DNA of 64,000 nt. Source: an uncultured virus (IMG/VR IMGVR_UViG_2061766007_000468) (taxonomy: Duplodnaviria; Heunggongvirae; Uroviricota; Caudoviricetes). The DNA lies in IMG/VR virus record IMGVR_UViG_2061766007_000468; one strand, written 5' to 3'. This document shows positions 32,175 through 44,038 of the stretch, piece by piece. How positions within the stretch are numbered: the stretch's first letter is position 1; every line of letters begins with the position of its first letter. A program made the translations under genes and the position numbers. A model generated the notes under the pieces. It searched no databases. It saw only the letters and a list, made by a program, of their open reading frames with translations, and was not told where the DNA came from.

Positions 32175-33569
32175 ATCGGAAAACTCCTTTTTGTTGTTGC
32201 GCCTTGCGCTGTTGTTGTAGCATGCCTTGACCAAGGCGTACTGGTTATATGTCATCTGCTTTCCAGAGAACGAAATACGGTTGATAACCCTATCGAGCAG
32301 ACCGTTCTTGATATCCTTACCGAAAAGGATTGTGTGCATTACAGACTCATAGTCACGCGCATTCACCTTTCCGTCTTTCGGCAGCGCCGAGCGCAACATG
32401 CTCATAATGCTGTGAGGCAGTCCCGCCGTAATCGTATCATTATACCAAGTGTCGATGTTCTTGCACATATCCGCCACATTGATAGTGAACTCTCCAGTAC
32501 ATGACCATCTTGCTTTGACACAATGGATCCTATAACACGTAACCGTTCCCTTTGCACTAGCGGTGTAGTACTTACCCTTACGGACAGCCTGGTACTTCTT
32601 GTAGATGATATCAGCTGGGTTCACCTTGGGAAGTTCTACCTTACCGCCCTCGGTACATTCGTCGGCGGGGTCTTCATCCATCACACCCAGTTCCACCAAA
32701 TCTTCCGGCTTGTAGATATCCATGAGCATTCCGCTGACTGGAGACTGTAACTCCTCGGACACATTGTCATATACGATGATATACGAGTCGTTGGGAGAAT
32801 TGGGGATACGGATATAGTTTTTCTTGTTGTTGATAAGCGACTGCAAGTTGCGAAGAATCGTGGAATATGTCTGCGCGGACATCGGAGATCCATCAAGATT
32901 CTCAAAATTGTAGTTACGGATCGACGGAATGGCGCTCGTATTAGCCGACGCCATCACCATGCCAGTAGGCGATGAGCCTACTATACGGCTGAGCTTTTCA
33001 TACTTAAGGTTGATAGCCTTTCCGACTTCACCAGTAACGGAACACACGACATCTTCGGTTTCGACTCCGCTGAATTGATCTGCATACTTCTCAGCAAGAA
33101 CGGTGTACCCTTCGAACGTAGACACTATACGAATTGCACCCATCCCTTCGTACAAAATCTTGTTGAGATCCACCGTGTCCATGGTCTTTAACAACATATC
33201 ATATGGATTGTCAGACAAGAACTCAATCAGCTTTTTGACAGCTGGATCGGATGCACAGTCACTTTCGGACAGAAACGTTACATAGCTGTCATGCTTAACT
33301 TTAGACTTCGGTGTTTTCGTGACAACGATTTCCTTCTTGACTTCGCTCACGTTAATGCCAAACGTAGCTTCCACATCGTCAATGAACGGTCGAGGTTCAT
33401 AGCCAGCTGTACGAGCAGCACCCATCAAGCTAACTTCGCTAGTTTCTTGACTACGTTCAAGCCATATGCCATCTGGGGAAACTACCAGGTCTACCTTGGA
33501 AGGCCAGCTGACTCGGTCATAGCGGATCTTAGGCGCTCCCATATTGAGAAGATTGTTGAATAACGGCAT
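31785..33569 (-). CDS. cas8c: Cas8c (Csd1) large subunit, divergent
   Basis: between cas5 and cas7; RTAG..PRPFID, VCSVTGE and C-terminal AYNMGRLLA. Confidence 0.85.
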   Translation of the reverse strand: MPLFNNLLNMGAPKIRYDRVSWPSKVDLVVSPDGIWLERSQETSEVSLMGAARTAGYEPRPFIDDVEATFGINVSEVKKEIVVTKTPKSKVKHDSYVTFLSESDCASDPAVKKLIEFLSDNPYDMLLKTMDTVDLNKILYEGMGAIRIVSTFEGYTVLAEKYADQFSGVETEDVVCSVTGEVGKAINLKYEKLSRIVGSSPTGMVMASANTSAIPSIRNYNFENLDGSPMSAQTYSTILRNLQSLINNKKNYIRIPNSPNDSYIIVYDNVSEELQSPVSGMLMDIYKPEDLVELGVMDEDPADECTEGGKVELPKVNPADIIYKKYQAVRKGKYYTASAKGTVTCYRIHCVKARWSCTGEFTINVADMCKNIDTWYNDTITAGLPHSIMSMLRSALPKDGKVNARDYESVMHTILFGKDIKNGLLDRVINRISFSGKQMTYNQYALVKACYNNSARRNNKKEFSDMLDKTRTDFAYNMGRLLALGDYLQRKCNSNISSPISGRLDARARNRPNDCRQELLGRLRMYCNQLIKNNNTRGTAIFGLQLMDEILSVMQPHNNERMSTDEQAELSVGCIQQNGDFYKSNKTNNQNNED

Positions 33570-34285
33570 TACTTACCCCACTCGATGTTGATAAATTCGT
33601 CTTGTGTGTACACCTTGTTTCCGACAACGATGCGGCATTTCGAAAAATCGATCGTACCATTCTTGATTTCCACCTTGGTGAACGCAGTCGTGCTGGTGAA
33701 ATCGTCGATGTGCGGAATCTTGTACAGAGAGTTGTACACCATGTTGATGGATTCGCAAGGTTGGAACTCTGAAGGAGCTGGGCCGAAATCGGCCACGCAT
33801 TCGCCCATACCGAAACACGGAAGATATTCGGACTGTCCATTCTTTATACGTCGAGTAAGAATGTCGATATGCTTCGTAGCATTCTCCCCAGACTTTAAAG
33901 TACGGCCTTCTCGGCGATAGAAATCCTTGTCATAAAACATAGTAAACTCGATAACGTACTTGACATCCTTCAAGAACGTAATCATGCGCTGCAAGGCATC
34001 CTCACATTCAATACAAGCGACCTCACCAGTAGTCATACTGACATTGCCCAAGTCGTTACGTTCGTTCACGTACATAGGGCAATACTTCAATGGATTTAAG
34101 ATGTGGATCTTGTCAATGCGATACCTGATGCAAGGATGTCCGTAAATACGGCTGATCATGTATTCGGTGGCGCCAGCGGTAGGAGCCGGGTAGGAGGTTC
34201 GTTCCACTTTGGATATCGGATCCGTGAAGCAAGCGAACGAGCCGCTTACCATCAAGGAAAATTTTTTTATTGGTTTGAAATTCAT
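33569..34285 (-). CDS. cas5: Cas5 (Cas5c/Cas5d, crRNA processing)
   Basis: VSGSFACFTDPISKVERTSYPAPT, LKDVKYVI and PCFGMGEC motifs. Confidence 0.93.
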   Translation of the reverse strand: MNFKPIKKFSLMVSGSFACFTDPISKVERTSYPAPTAGATEYMISRIYGHPCIRYRIDKIHILNPLKYCPMYVNERNDLGNVSMTTGEVACIECEDALQRMITFLKDVKYVIEFTMFYDKDFYRREGRTLKSGENATKHIDILTRRIKNGQSEYLPCFGMGECVADFGPAPSEFQPCESINMVYNSLYKIPHIDDFTSTTAFTKVEIKNGTIDFSKCRIVVGNKVYTQDEFINIEWGK

Positions 34286-34310
34286 TGGCAGTACCTCATC
34301 GGTTTGTTTC

Positions 34311-34339
34311 TAATATAGCATTAATTTTTCGGTGGTCAA
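34311..34339 (-). promoter_or_regulatory. sigma70-like promoter of the cas operon
   Basis: TTGACC...TGcTATATT just upstream of the cas5 RBS; similar TTGACA-N17/18-TATATT sites at ~21745, ~24015, ~26487, ~38897, ~49975. Confidence 0.6.
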
Positions 34340-34404
34340 GTGTTTTTCTGGAAGTTTTATCCTTTGTAAGCAAAAAATAATAAATTTACCTATTCGACAT
34401 GTAT

Positions 34405-35730
34405 CTAGGCGTATTTCTTCCTATCGAAAATACGGTTTCCTAGTTCCACTACCTTCCGGCACCATGCGGCCTGTGGGTCATATGAGTTACCTTGGGCGTC
34501 CTTGGCCAGTTCTCCGGTCAGCAGACACGTCCTCACCTTGTTGTAGTCGCTATGTCCGTACGACGGAGAACAGAAGTAAAGATGGGTCATTCCGAACATA
34601 GGAACCTTCGTGTAGTTGGTGACCGGTTCCTCGTACAGTCTGCGGAGCAAACTCAACGCCGTCGCACGTTCCCTTCTGGTCAGTTCCGCGATACCCGGTC
34701 TAGGACGTTCGCCGTAGAACTCAAGGTGAACTCGGTCGAACTGGTAATTGCGCATGTAGGAAAGATACTTCGTGTCGCACATGGCGCCCACAGAACGGGC
34801 CATGCGAACAGACGTGCAGAACGGCTCAAAATACTTGCGCATCTCGGTGTTCCAGTCGTTCGATTTTCCGTGAACGCCAGTCAACGTGTAATATAGCTTG
34901 AACAGCGCGGTACGGTCTTTCGCCTTGTATGCGTCCCTCAATGCTGCGTAAATTGCTTTCTTGGTCATCTTCATAGTCGGTAGTCTCCTTATCAAGTATG
35001 CCATTGTCATGACGGAACGGAGCAGTCCCGCCGTCGGCGGAACAGTCTCTTTACACAGTGTGGATCTCCTTGGCGGTTGGCGGTACGCACACGACATTGC
35101 AAAATTTCTTGTGTACGAGCATAATCTTTCGGTGCATCGGATCCGGTTTCTTGCCATCGAACTTGGCAAGAGTGTTCTTGAGTACGAGCGCGGCGGCGAA
35201 CACGGGTTCGCGGTGGCTTACCGCATAGTGCAAGTACTGTCCGCAATACTTGATGGTGAGTACGCCGACAAAGCGGTGAGTCTTCTTGACATCGTGCCAT
35301 CCGCCCACGCATCCAGACGAGTGCGTCTTTCCCCATCCTTCGTCAAATTCTTTTTTTGTCATGACCCGGAAATCGAACACCACTCGGCTGTGCTTGACTG
35401 CGACGTGGCAAGCGTACTTGGTATGTTCGAACATATCGGAAATTTTTTTCTGGGCTTCGGTCATAATGGCTCCTTTTAGTATTCTCGTGACTCGTTCAGG
35501 TAGAGGTGTACATCGTCAACGGTGAGTCCGTTTGTCTCAAGGATGTTGAGCAACTGGATTATACCGCCGAACGACAGCTTTCCTTCACCTTTGATGCATA
35601 CCATGTCGCAGCAAGTCTTTACCGACAAACTTCCAGTAAACGCTTGTTTGCAATCATCCAGTACTTTGTCTTCGGTAGACTTGAGTATCGTGGACTTCAC
35701 AAAAGATATTGTTGTCTGGTAATACGACAT
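34405..35730 (-). CDS. three hypothetical genes (34405-34974, 35051-35464, 35476-35730)
   Basis: RBS-led ORFs, consistent strand and codon usage. Confidence 0.55.
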
Positions 35731-35745
35731 GAGGTCTCCACGGAA

Positions 35746-37201
35746 TTAAAGGTTGAACTGGTAGATGTCCTTCGTGTCTTCACAGAGGATGTTGACGAAG
35801 TTCGGTTCGAAGTATTCGTATTCCTTGGCATCCTCGCAAGCGCGGAGAAGCCTAGAGGCTTCGGCTAATACGGTTGCGCCGTAGTTTTGTTGGTAGGTCG
35901 TGTCGACCTTGTGGATCTGAAGCGGATATGCGGCCTTCTCAGCTACGCCATTTTCGATCTTGAAGAAGTGGACGAAGAACGGAAATTCGCAAGTGTTCAT
36001 GTGGTAGAACTCGTTGAGGACTTCTGCCAAGCGAACCACCTTTCCAGTCCAGCTACCCAGGCCACCCTTGCCGAAAGAAGCGGGGACGGTCTGCTTGACG
36101 GCCTTGTGATAAGCAGTGAACTTGTACTTGACGTTGTTGTAGCGGTCGTACGAGATCTCGACCGAAGTATTCTCCTTGGCGAACACTTTGTTCATGGTGT
36201 CAAGCAGCTCGTTGGCTTGCTTCTTTGCAACGACCTTCAGCTTGTCATCGACCTTGGTGAAGGAAGTGTCCGCGATGTGGAAAGACACGGAGCCAGCACG
36301 GCGGTCTACCTTGATGGTGGAGTCATTCTGCTGGTGTTCCTTGTAGAACTTGGACTGGGACACCATGATTTTCATCGTGTCTATTAAGGTGTCTTCGTGA
36401 GAGGTGATTGTGTCGATGTTAAAACGTGCCATGATGGTTCTCCTTGTTGAGTTGCTTACGTAATAAAGGCCGACGGCAGTCCCGCCGTCGGCGAATCAGT
36501 TAGAGAGTGATGTTGTACTGGTCTTTAGTGAATTTGTCTACGATGGTCAACGAATCCGGGATAAAGACGTTGAATTTCTGGTCATCGATAACTAGCATCA
36601 TCGTACGAGCCGCTTCAGCGAACGATGCGAGTTCGGAGTTTTCGTACAAATATTGCCACTTTCCTCCGATGAACAGTCGGGTGCTGGTCTTGATGACTTT
36701 GTCGCCTTCGTGCAAGTAGAACACTACGGAAAAGGAGCCTTTCGACGGATCTTTCTCCCAGAGTTCCTTGATGATGGCGGCAAACTTGGCGACCTTCTTT
36801 TCGTAGCCGTTCAGTGCGCCGTTGCCATAGGTCTTGGGAAGGTTGACTGTCTTGGGCGTATGATAGTTTTCGATGCGGAAGTCAACGCTGTCGCACAGCT
36901 TGTCGCTGCGAATCCACTTCACATCGAGCTTCTGCCCTTCGCGCATGGCCTTCACCAAGTTGTTCACTCGCTTCACGGCGAACTGCTTCATATTTGCGTA
37001 GCCGCCAGTGCAGAAACATTTGTCTACCAAGGGAATCGTCACGATGCCTTTTCGGTAGTCGAGCCACGTGGGTTCCGGGATCTGTGCGAGGCGATCTTTG
37101 TCGCCGTAGTCCTTGTACAAAGGGCTTTCGAACAAGATGTCGCGAACGCGGTCTAGTAATGCGCTTTCTTTGTCAGTGATGGTGTTGAGCAAGTTCTTCA
37201 T
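35746..37201 (-). CDS. two tandem paralogous ~230 aa proteins (35746-36432 and 36500-37201)
   Basis: shared TIT..E..L, P...G.G.L.....KV, AEA.R and TKD.Y...L segments. Confidence 0.7.
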
Positions 37202-37593
37202 ATAGGGTCTCCTTGTTTTGGTTGTACAAATTATAAAAAACGGTGGCAGTCCCGCAAGACTGCCGCCAATTTACGGTTCCTTGAAATCCCTCAACTCAGC
37301 AGCTAACCGTTCTAACTCAGCAGCTAACTCATCCAGTACGCTGGTCTCAAAGATCAAGGACTTGAACCATCCGAAACTGGTATATTCCCGTTTCCATATG
37401 GTGTAGCGCACATGGCCGTATTGCTTGCTGACATTGGCCTCGTACTGCACGTCTTTGCGGTCAACAAATCGGCATGAGCCGACAGTATTGTCCAACGGAA
37501 TCACAGTCGCTTCCGGGAAGTAAGCGCGTACAGTGACATAGAACTGTTCAAGTTCATGTTGCTTAAAATGACCAATTCCAAACATAGTTCCTC

Positions 37594-37938
37594 CTAGTCA
37601 GTGATTTCCAAGAAATAAGCCAGTTCGTCGCCCTTGAGGTTATCAAGCGCGTAGGCGTCAGCGGCCTTCCAGAGTTCGTCGTAAACCTGAGAAAGCGCCT
37701 TGTTGCCCTTCGAGTCGTGTTCCCAGATCTTGTGGTTCAGCGTAATCACGAGGTCGGTGAGGTAGCGGTACTGGCCCTTCCATTCGTTGAAGGCTCGTTT
37801 GTAGGTGTCCCTCACGGCGTCTTCGCCGAAAGCGTCGGCGATGGTGAAATCGCTATTGAAGGTGGTGGAGAAGCCGTCATCGTACTTGATGGGCGACTCG
37901 GTAGGCGGAACCTTGATTATAAACGGTGCTTCTGACAT
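37594..37938 (-). CDS. conserved phage hypothetical protein
   Basis: TTF.SDFTIADAFG..AVRDTY.RAF.EWK...LNHKIW pattern that I recall from gut phages. Confidence 0.6.
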   Translation of the reverse strand: MSEAPFIIKVPPTESPIKYDDGFSTTFNSDFTIADAFGEDAVRDTYKRAFNEWKGQYRYLTDLVITLNHKIWEHDSKGNKALSQVYDELWKAADAYALDNLKGDELAYFLEITD

Positions 37939-37999
37939 AGATTTGCTCCTTTGTTGCTCTATATGAATAGTAAGAAGTGGCAGTCCCGCAGTCGGCTGA

Positions 38000-40900
38000 T
38001 CATTCTTCCATGCACGCCGGATATTGTTCGTTCAACTGCATGATTGCCTTGCTGTGGTCGAGGCACGTACGGAACACGGAGAAAGTCCTACGGAGCAGCG
38101 TTCGGATCTTCGTCTTGCTGTCGGTGTCGTGGAAGTAGATGTTGCACTGGTCAATGCCCACGCGGAAGTGGACGGAACACATCCCAAGGTGTTCGTGCCA
38201 AGTGACAAGATACTTGTTAGCGTCAAATTCGTAGTCCGCCACGTCGATACGGATAACGTTCTCGTTGACGAGCAAGGACTTGGTGATGTGGCAGTCGGCA
38301 CGAAAGTTGGACAGAATCTTCTTCATTTCCGTGTCCACGATTTCGTTACGGAACCCTTGCTTGCCAGAGTTCACGTATTCGTGTATTAACTGGTTGCCCT
38401 TAATCAGGGCGTCTGTCGCGATTGTCATGACTACTCCTTATCGAAAAGAATGCACGGACTGACCAACGGACGATACTTAAAGGAACTTCCAAGGTACTTC
38501 ATCAGCGCGACATGTTCCTTGAACCATTCGTTCTCGAACAGCTTGTCAACGGCATCCATTCCATTCGCGTTGATGGACTTCAGATAAGTGTTATCGCCAC
38601 TCTCGATTTCCAAAGTTGGGATGAGCCAGTACCTCGTCTTGGCATCCACGAAGCCGATCCGCTGACGGCGACCAGTCAAGTCTCTCCCAGCAAACGGTCT
38701 GTTGGTGTACTCCAGGATCGTGCCGTAGTCTTGTACGCACACGCCAGCGGCTTCCAATTCGGCCTTGTGCTCTTCGATGATTTCCTTCATCTTCGTGTTG
38801 AACGGCCTTCCAAGCTCGCCCTTGATGGACGTGCCGCGTTCCAGATATCCGTCGGCTTGTACAAAAATAGTGGTCATTTTAGGTCTCCTTGGCTAAAATA
38901 TAACTCTTGAAAAGTATTTTGTCAATACTTTCAAGAGAAATAAAAATTATTTTTTATCTAATTACGTCTTGCAAGGTGGCGTCGTACTTGTCCTTGAGTT
39001 CTCTCTGGATGGCCTTGGTGTTGAGGTACATCACGAACAAGTCGTATACCTTGCTGATTCTTTCCTTGACGGCCTTCAGCGGTTCGCCGTCATTCCAGTA
39101 GAGGTAGCACTGGTCGCCTTCGACCGTACACCCGCATCCGGACATGCACTTGTCATCGAACCAAGTGAGCCAGAAATCACCGCGACCGTCGGTAAGCGTA
39201 ATGCGGACGGATCGTTCGGTCAAGTGCAATTCGTTAATATCGTCGAGGTGGCCAGCGGCGAAGTCGAACAGACTGTGTCCCAAGACTGTCTGGATCCTCT
39301 TGTCATGGAACTTGAAGTCGCTGAGCTGGTTGAGTATCTTGGTCATGTTTGCCATGGGTGCCTCCTAGTACGACTTGATGTCGTATCCGCTTAAAGTGTT
39401 GAATGCATTTTCAAGCCCTTGGTCGATCTCGCCGCATGCCTTGGCGATGTCCCTCAGGACATCCTCGGCGCTCGGTACGCGACCGTCAAACTGGTTGGCG
39501 AACGTACGTTCGCAGATTACGCCGGACTCGTTCCCTTCGCAGCATTCGTTCACGACCTTGAAGCTCTCGGCGGCAGGGTCAATTTCCGCGCTTGCGTGTT
39601 CGTAGTTGGACATGTAGCAGAGGTGTCCGTTGTCTTCTCGGCTGAAGGAGATCCCTTCGGACTCCAGCTTCTTTAGTAATTCGTCTGTAAATTCCATGTT
39701 GTACCTCGTTCGGTTGTGCAAAATGAATAAAGGGTCGTGGCAGTCCCGCCACGGCCCTATCAGTTCCAGTGTCCGTTCACGAAACTCAGGATCTCCCTTC
39801 GAGAGTCGCCGTCGATCACGTACAAGGTGGCAATCCACTTCTTTTCGTCCGTGATGTCGATTCCCAGGCCATTCAGCTTCTTCACAAGCAAGCTTACCCT
39901 CTTGCCAGAGACTTCTACGCTGAACGGGTGTCGCTCCTTGCCGCCCAGCTTGACTTGCTTGTTCTGAAGGACGGATATTTCAGCCCATTGCCCCTTCTTC
40001 AAGGGATATGCGGTTCCTTTCTTTTCAGCCATTCTAAACCTCCTTGTCGGTGATTCTCGGTTTGGTGAGAAAATCCTTGATAAGCATTATCTCGTGCCTT
40101 ACATTGTCGCAGTCACGGTCTGGGTGATTCTCGGCATCCTTGACCCTTACCACGGCGTAATTGTCGAGTACGGTCACTTCAACGTGTTCGCACGGCTTGA
40201 AGAACTCTTCGACTTCCTCTGGTGTCCTTCCGGCCTTTCGGTTCACCCATACGAGGAACGTCCCACGGCGACCGTTGACATCCTCGATACTCATTTTCGG
40301 ATAGTACATCCTTCGGCGTTCAAGTTCAGCTTGTGCCGCCGCCTTCGCCTTGTCGTAGTACTTTATGCTAAGACAAGTCAATCCGACCAGCATTCCGCCA
40401 AGCCAAGTTTCCAGAGTCACTTCTCGGACGGTCACGACCTCGCTGAACTCGTTGCTTGCCATGCCACAAATGTCCACCGTGAGGACAAAGAACGATGTGA
40501 GAGACGCCCACGCATAGAAAGCCAGCGCACCGCCATACCGCTTCAAGATGAATGCGCTCAAGGTTCCAAGAACCGTACAGACAACCATCGCCCAGGTCAC
40601 ATAAATTATGATGTCGTAATTCATCTTTATTCCTCGTCAAATGAAATTGGGTCGATGTCGTTTTCGGTGGCATCGTCCTCGCTTGATACGACAATCACGA
40701 AGCAGTAGCAAGCAAGCAAAAGGTCTCCAGCCAAGAACCACGGCTCGTTGACGTCCAGCACCATCTGCGGGAGCCAGAGGAACAGCGCGACGATGTTGCA
40801 GACGAACGCGACCTCGTAGCGTTCAGCCATGAAGAAGGCCACCGCGCCTACCGCAGTCAACCCTACGGCGAACGCTACCACAAGTGCTGTAAGAGTTCCA

Positions 40901-43492
40901 ATAAACATTTTCAATCTCCTTTGGTGTGCATTACCAATACCTAGCCGTGGCAGCCCCGCGACTACGCAGACAGTCCGGCTACCCACTTGTTCGTCTCGGC
41001 GCATATCCAGTCGATCTCCGACAGCTTCTTCAGGGCCGTGAGGAAGCGCTTCGCGCTGTGGCTCTTGCAGAGTCTGCGCCAGTGAGACTTCCGTCCGTGC
41101 CTTACCGCCACATAGTACATAGGCCCGTCAACAGAGCCTTGAACCATCACGCAAGCGGAATGCATGGCGAACTCGTGCTTCGTTGTGTCGTAGCCGAAGA
41201 GCCATCCGAATCCGTCGCGTTCGGTCTCTGCCGTGAACTCCGCGCCAGGGTAGTAGGCGCGTGTCATCAAATAAAAATTTTCAAATTCAGCCCTTTCGAG
41301 AGGTCTGCGAATCAGTCCTTTTCCCATCCGAATACCGCCTTGTAAGTTGTAAATCCCCATTTCTTTGTGTCTTCTACCAGACCCACGCCGCCTACCTTGG
41401 AGATACGGAGCCTTTCTGCGGCATCTTCCATGCCGTTGCAGAACATGAAGATGCCCCTGATTTCCGGACGTAGCGCGTACAGATCCATGGCCTTAATGTC
41501 CTTCTTCAGCACGACGTACCCAGCAAGCGCAAGGCCGTCCATGACTCCGCGCATCCTTTCGAGGAACGAGGCGGCATCTTCCCTGGCGTGGTCGATCTCG
41601 CAGCAGATTTCGGTCAAGTAGCAGCCGGGACGTCCCCACTTGTCGCACAGCGCGGCGTGGTATTCCACAAGCGCGTTGTAGTGCTTGACCATCTTGCCCA
41701 TGTAGGCGTTCACTCGGCTGTAGAGGTTCCTCCACCTCATGTTGAGGCTTGCGGTGAACGGCTTCGGCTTTGTCTTCAAGATTGCCTTAAATTCGGTTGC
41801 TTCGTCACTCATGGTGATTCTCCTTGGTTGAATGGTTGTCGGTCGCCCCTTATCCATACTGGAAAGGGGCAGTCCCGCCACCTATTTGGCAGTCTAGCCG
41901 AACACGACGAAGTCGCGCATGTTGTGGAGCATGGAGTCCCACGTGGCGTTCTCGTCGCCAGTACGGAACGGATGGTCTGTGTGGAGGAATCGTGTCAGCG
42001 CGTCCTTCCTCGTCTCGTAGCCGTCCGTGACAACCTTGCTCCATACGAGCTGCTCCGGATAGAGTTCGCCACGCTCGAACGCGATGTCCTTGATCTTTCC
42101 GCCGACGATGCTCACGGTACACTTCACCGTCGGCTTCTTGTACTTCACACTGCGGAAATAGCCACGTTCCTCGCTGAACGCAGTCACCTTGTACGAATAC
42201 TTCTTGACGACGTAGCCCTTGTCGAAGGCTCGGTCGTACGCCGTCAAAATCTGTTCGAGCGCGGATTCCACGGAAGTAAATCCGTTCTTCATCTTGCCTT
42301 GGGTGGCTTCGAGGTCTGCCTTGGCGTTCTTGAGGATTGTCTTTGTAGCCATCTTGGCGATTCTTTCGGTTATTAACATTTTTCTGTCTCCTTGATAAGG
42401 TTGTGCGCTATGGCGTATTTCGTAGGATTGCCGTTCTCGTCCGTGATGAAAACGGCGTCGCAGTTCTTCGGACGGTAGGATATGCGGTCATACACCTTGC
42501 CGCACTTCTTGCAGACGCATGTGCGCCTGAGGTCATATCCCCACTCGCAAGGGGAATCCCACTCGTTGACCGCATACTCCTTCATCGGCCCCCATTCGTG
42601 ATGGCAGAACAGCGTGGGGAACTTGCTCTTTAGAAATCTTTTTATGAAGCCTATCATGTAGTCTCCTTGAGGTTGGTTATTTCTTTGCGCTAAGCTTAAC
42701 TTTCACGATTGAAAGTTTTTTCTTGCCAGTGGTGTACACGCGAATGTAGCAGAACGGACTCCCGTCGCCCACTACGAAAAAATATCCCTTGCCAGCGTCG
42801 CTGACGGAAGCGAAACGAGCTATGCATCCCTCGGACACATTCTGCTTGGCCTCGGCCTCTATTCCGCCAAGAATCTGCTCGACGCTACCGAAGGTGCGTC
42901 CCTTGCCCCACTCGGCTATGTGCTCTGCGAACTGCTTTGCGTTCATGTTTCATTCTCCTTTCGGCTGTGCATAGCCCATATGATGGCGAGGCAGTCCCGC
43001 CACGCCCTAGTCATTCACTTGGCTATTCGAGAGAGCGTTGACAAGGCCCCCTTGGATCTTCAGCAGAGCGTCAACAAGGCGCAAGTTGTCCTCGGCGGCT
43101 CCCAAGCTGTCGAAGTCGTGGGGCAAGGCGTACAGAATCTGCCCGTCCTCGGCCTTGCACTCCGCTTGGCTGGAATCGCACCGAAGCCCGCTCACCACCT
43201 GGTCTTCGCCGCCTTCGGCAATAGCCCTCAACGAACCGCCAGACGGACTCCAGCCATTCGGAACCCATGAGAGGTTCAAGTACTCGCGGCCCTCGGCGTT
43301 CCAACGTGAAAGAACCGCCCTGTCCACGTCCGTCTTCACCTTCTTGAATATGCGGTAGGTGAAGTTACGTAGACGGACGATGTAGTAGTCCTTCAAGTCC
43401 AAATCCTTCGGCAAGGGCGCACCGTCCACCAAGAAGGTGTACTCGACGCCGCCAATATCCTTGTTGCTAAAGTGTATGCCATCTTCCTTCAT
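38000..43492 (-). CDS. run of ~13 small hypothetical genes; 38000-38428 and 38954-39355 are paralogs
   Basis: contiguous RBS-led - strand ORFs; shared TW......C.....V..DQC..Y..D in the paralog pair. Confidence 0.55.
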
Positions 43493-43516
43493 AAAGCTCT
43501 CCGTGTTTAAAATTTT

Positions 43517-44038
43517 TTACTTGCAGTCCTTCACCAGACGGACGCAGTGACCCACGCGACCGTCCACCGATCCCTCGCCGAAACCGTAGTGGTGGGCCTC
43601 AAGCGCCCAGTAGATGGGTTCGTGTACCTTCTCTCCGTACTCGTTCACGTAGTCGTCGAAGTCCGTGCTCCAGTAGCCCACCGAAATCCCTTGATATATG
43701 ACCCTACCACAACCAGGCGAATAGTAGCCAAGCGGCCTTCCGCAGAAGCCAACCTCGTCGGCTCCGTTCTTGCCCTCGTATGCCTTCTCCCATCCGGAAA
43801 CGGACTTGACCTTCCTACCAGCCACGGACTTTCCTCCGCAGAAGTCAGTCAGCTTCTTCCAGTCGGCTACCGTGGGGAGCCTCCAGCCGTCGCCAACCGA
43901 TTCGGCANNNNNNNNNNNNNNNNNNNNNNNGCCGTTGTCCTCGTATATGCCCTTCGACGGATCGGCGGTCATGGACAGCTCGTGGTTCATCCATAGCTGG
44001 TCGCCTATCCGTACGACATCCTTCTCCTCAATTCCCAT
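43517..44038 (-). CDS. FISUMP (Fibrobacter succinogenes major paralogous domain) protein
   Basis: VRIGDQLWM, GWRLPT..DW..L, KS.SGW, NG.D..GF, GYWST and VRLVKD signature. Confidence 0.85.
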   Translation of the reverse strand: MGIEEKDVVRIGDQLWMNHELSMTADPSKGIYEDNGXXXXXXXXAESVGDGWRLPTVADWKKLTDFCGGKSVAGRKVKSVSGWEKAYEGKNGADEVGFCGRPLGYYSPGCGRVIYQGISVGYWSTDFDDYVNEYGEKVHEPIYWALEAHHYGFGEGSVDGRVGHCVRLVKDCK

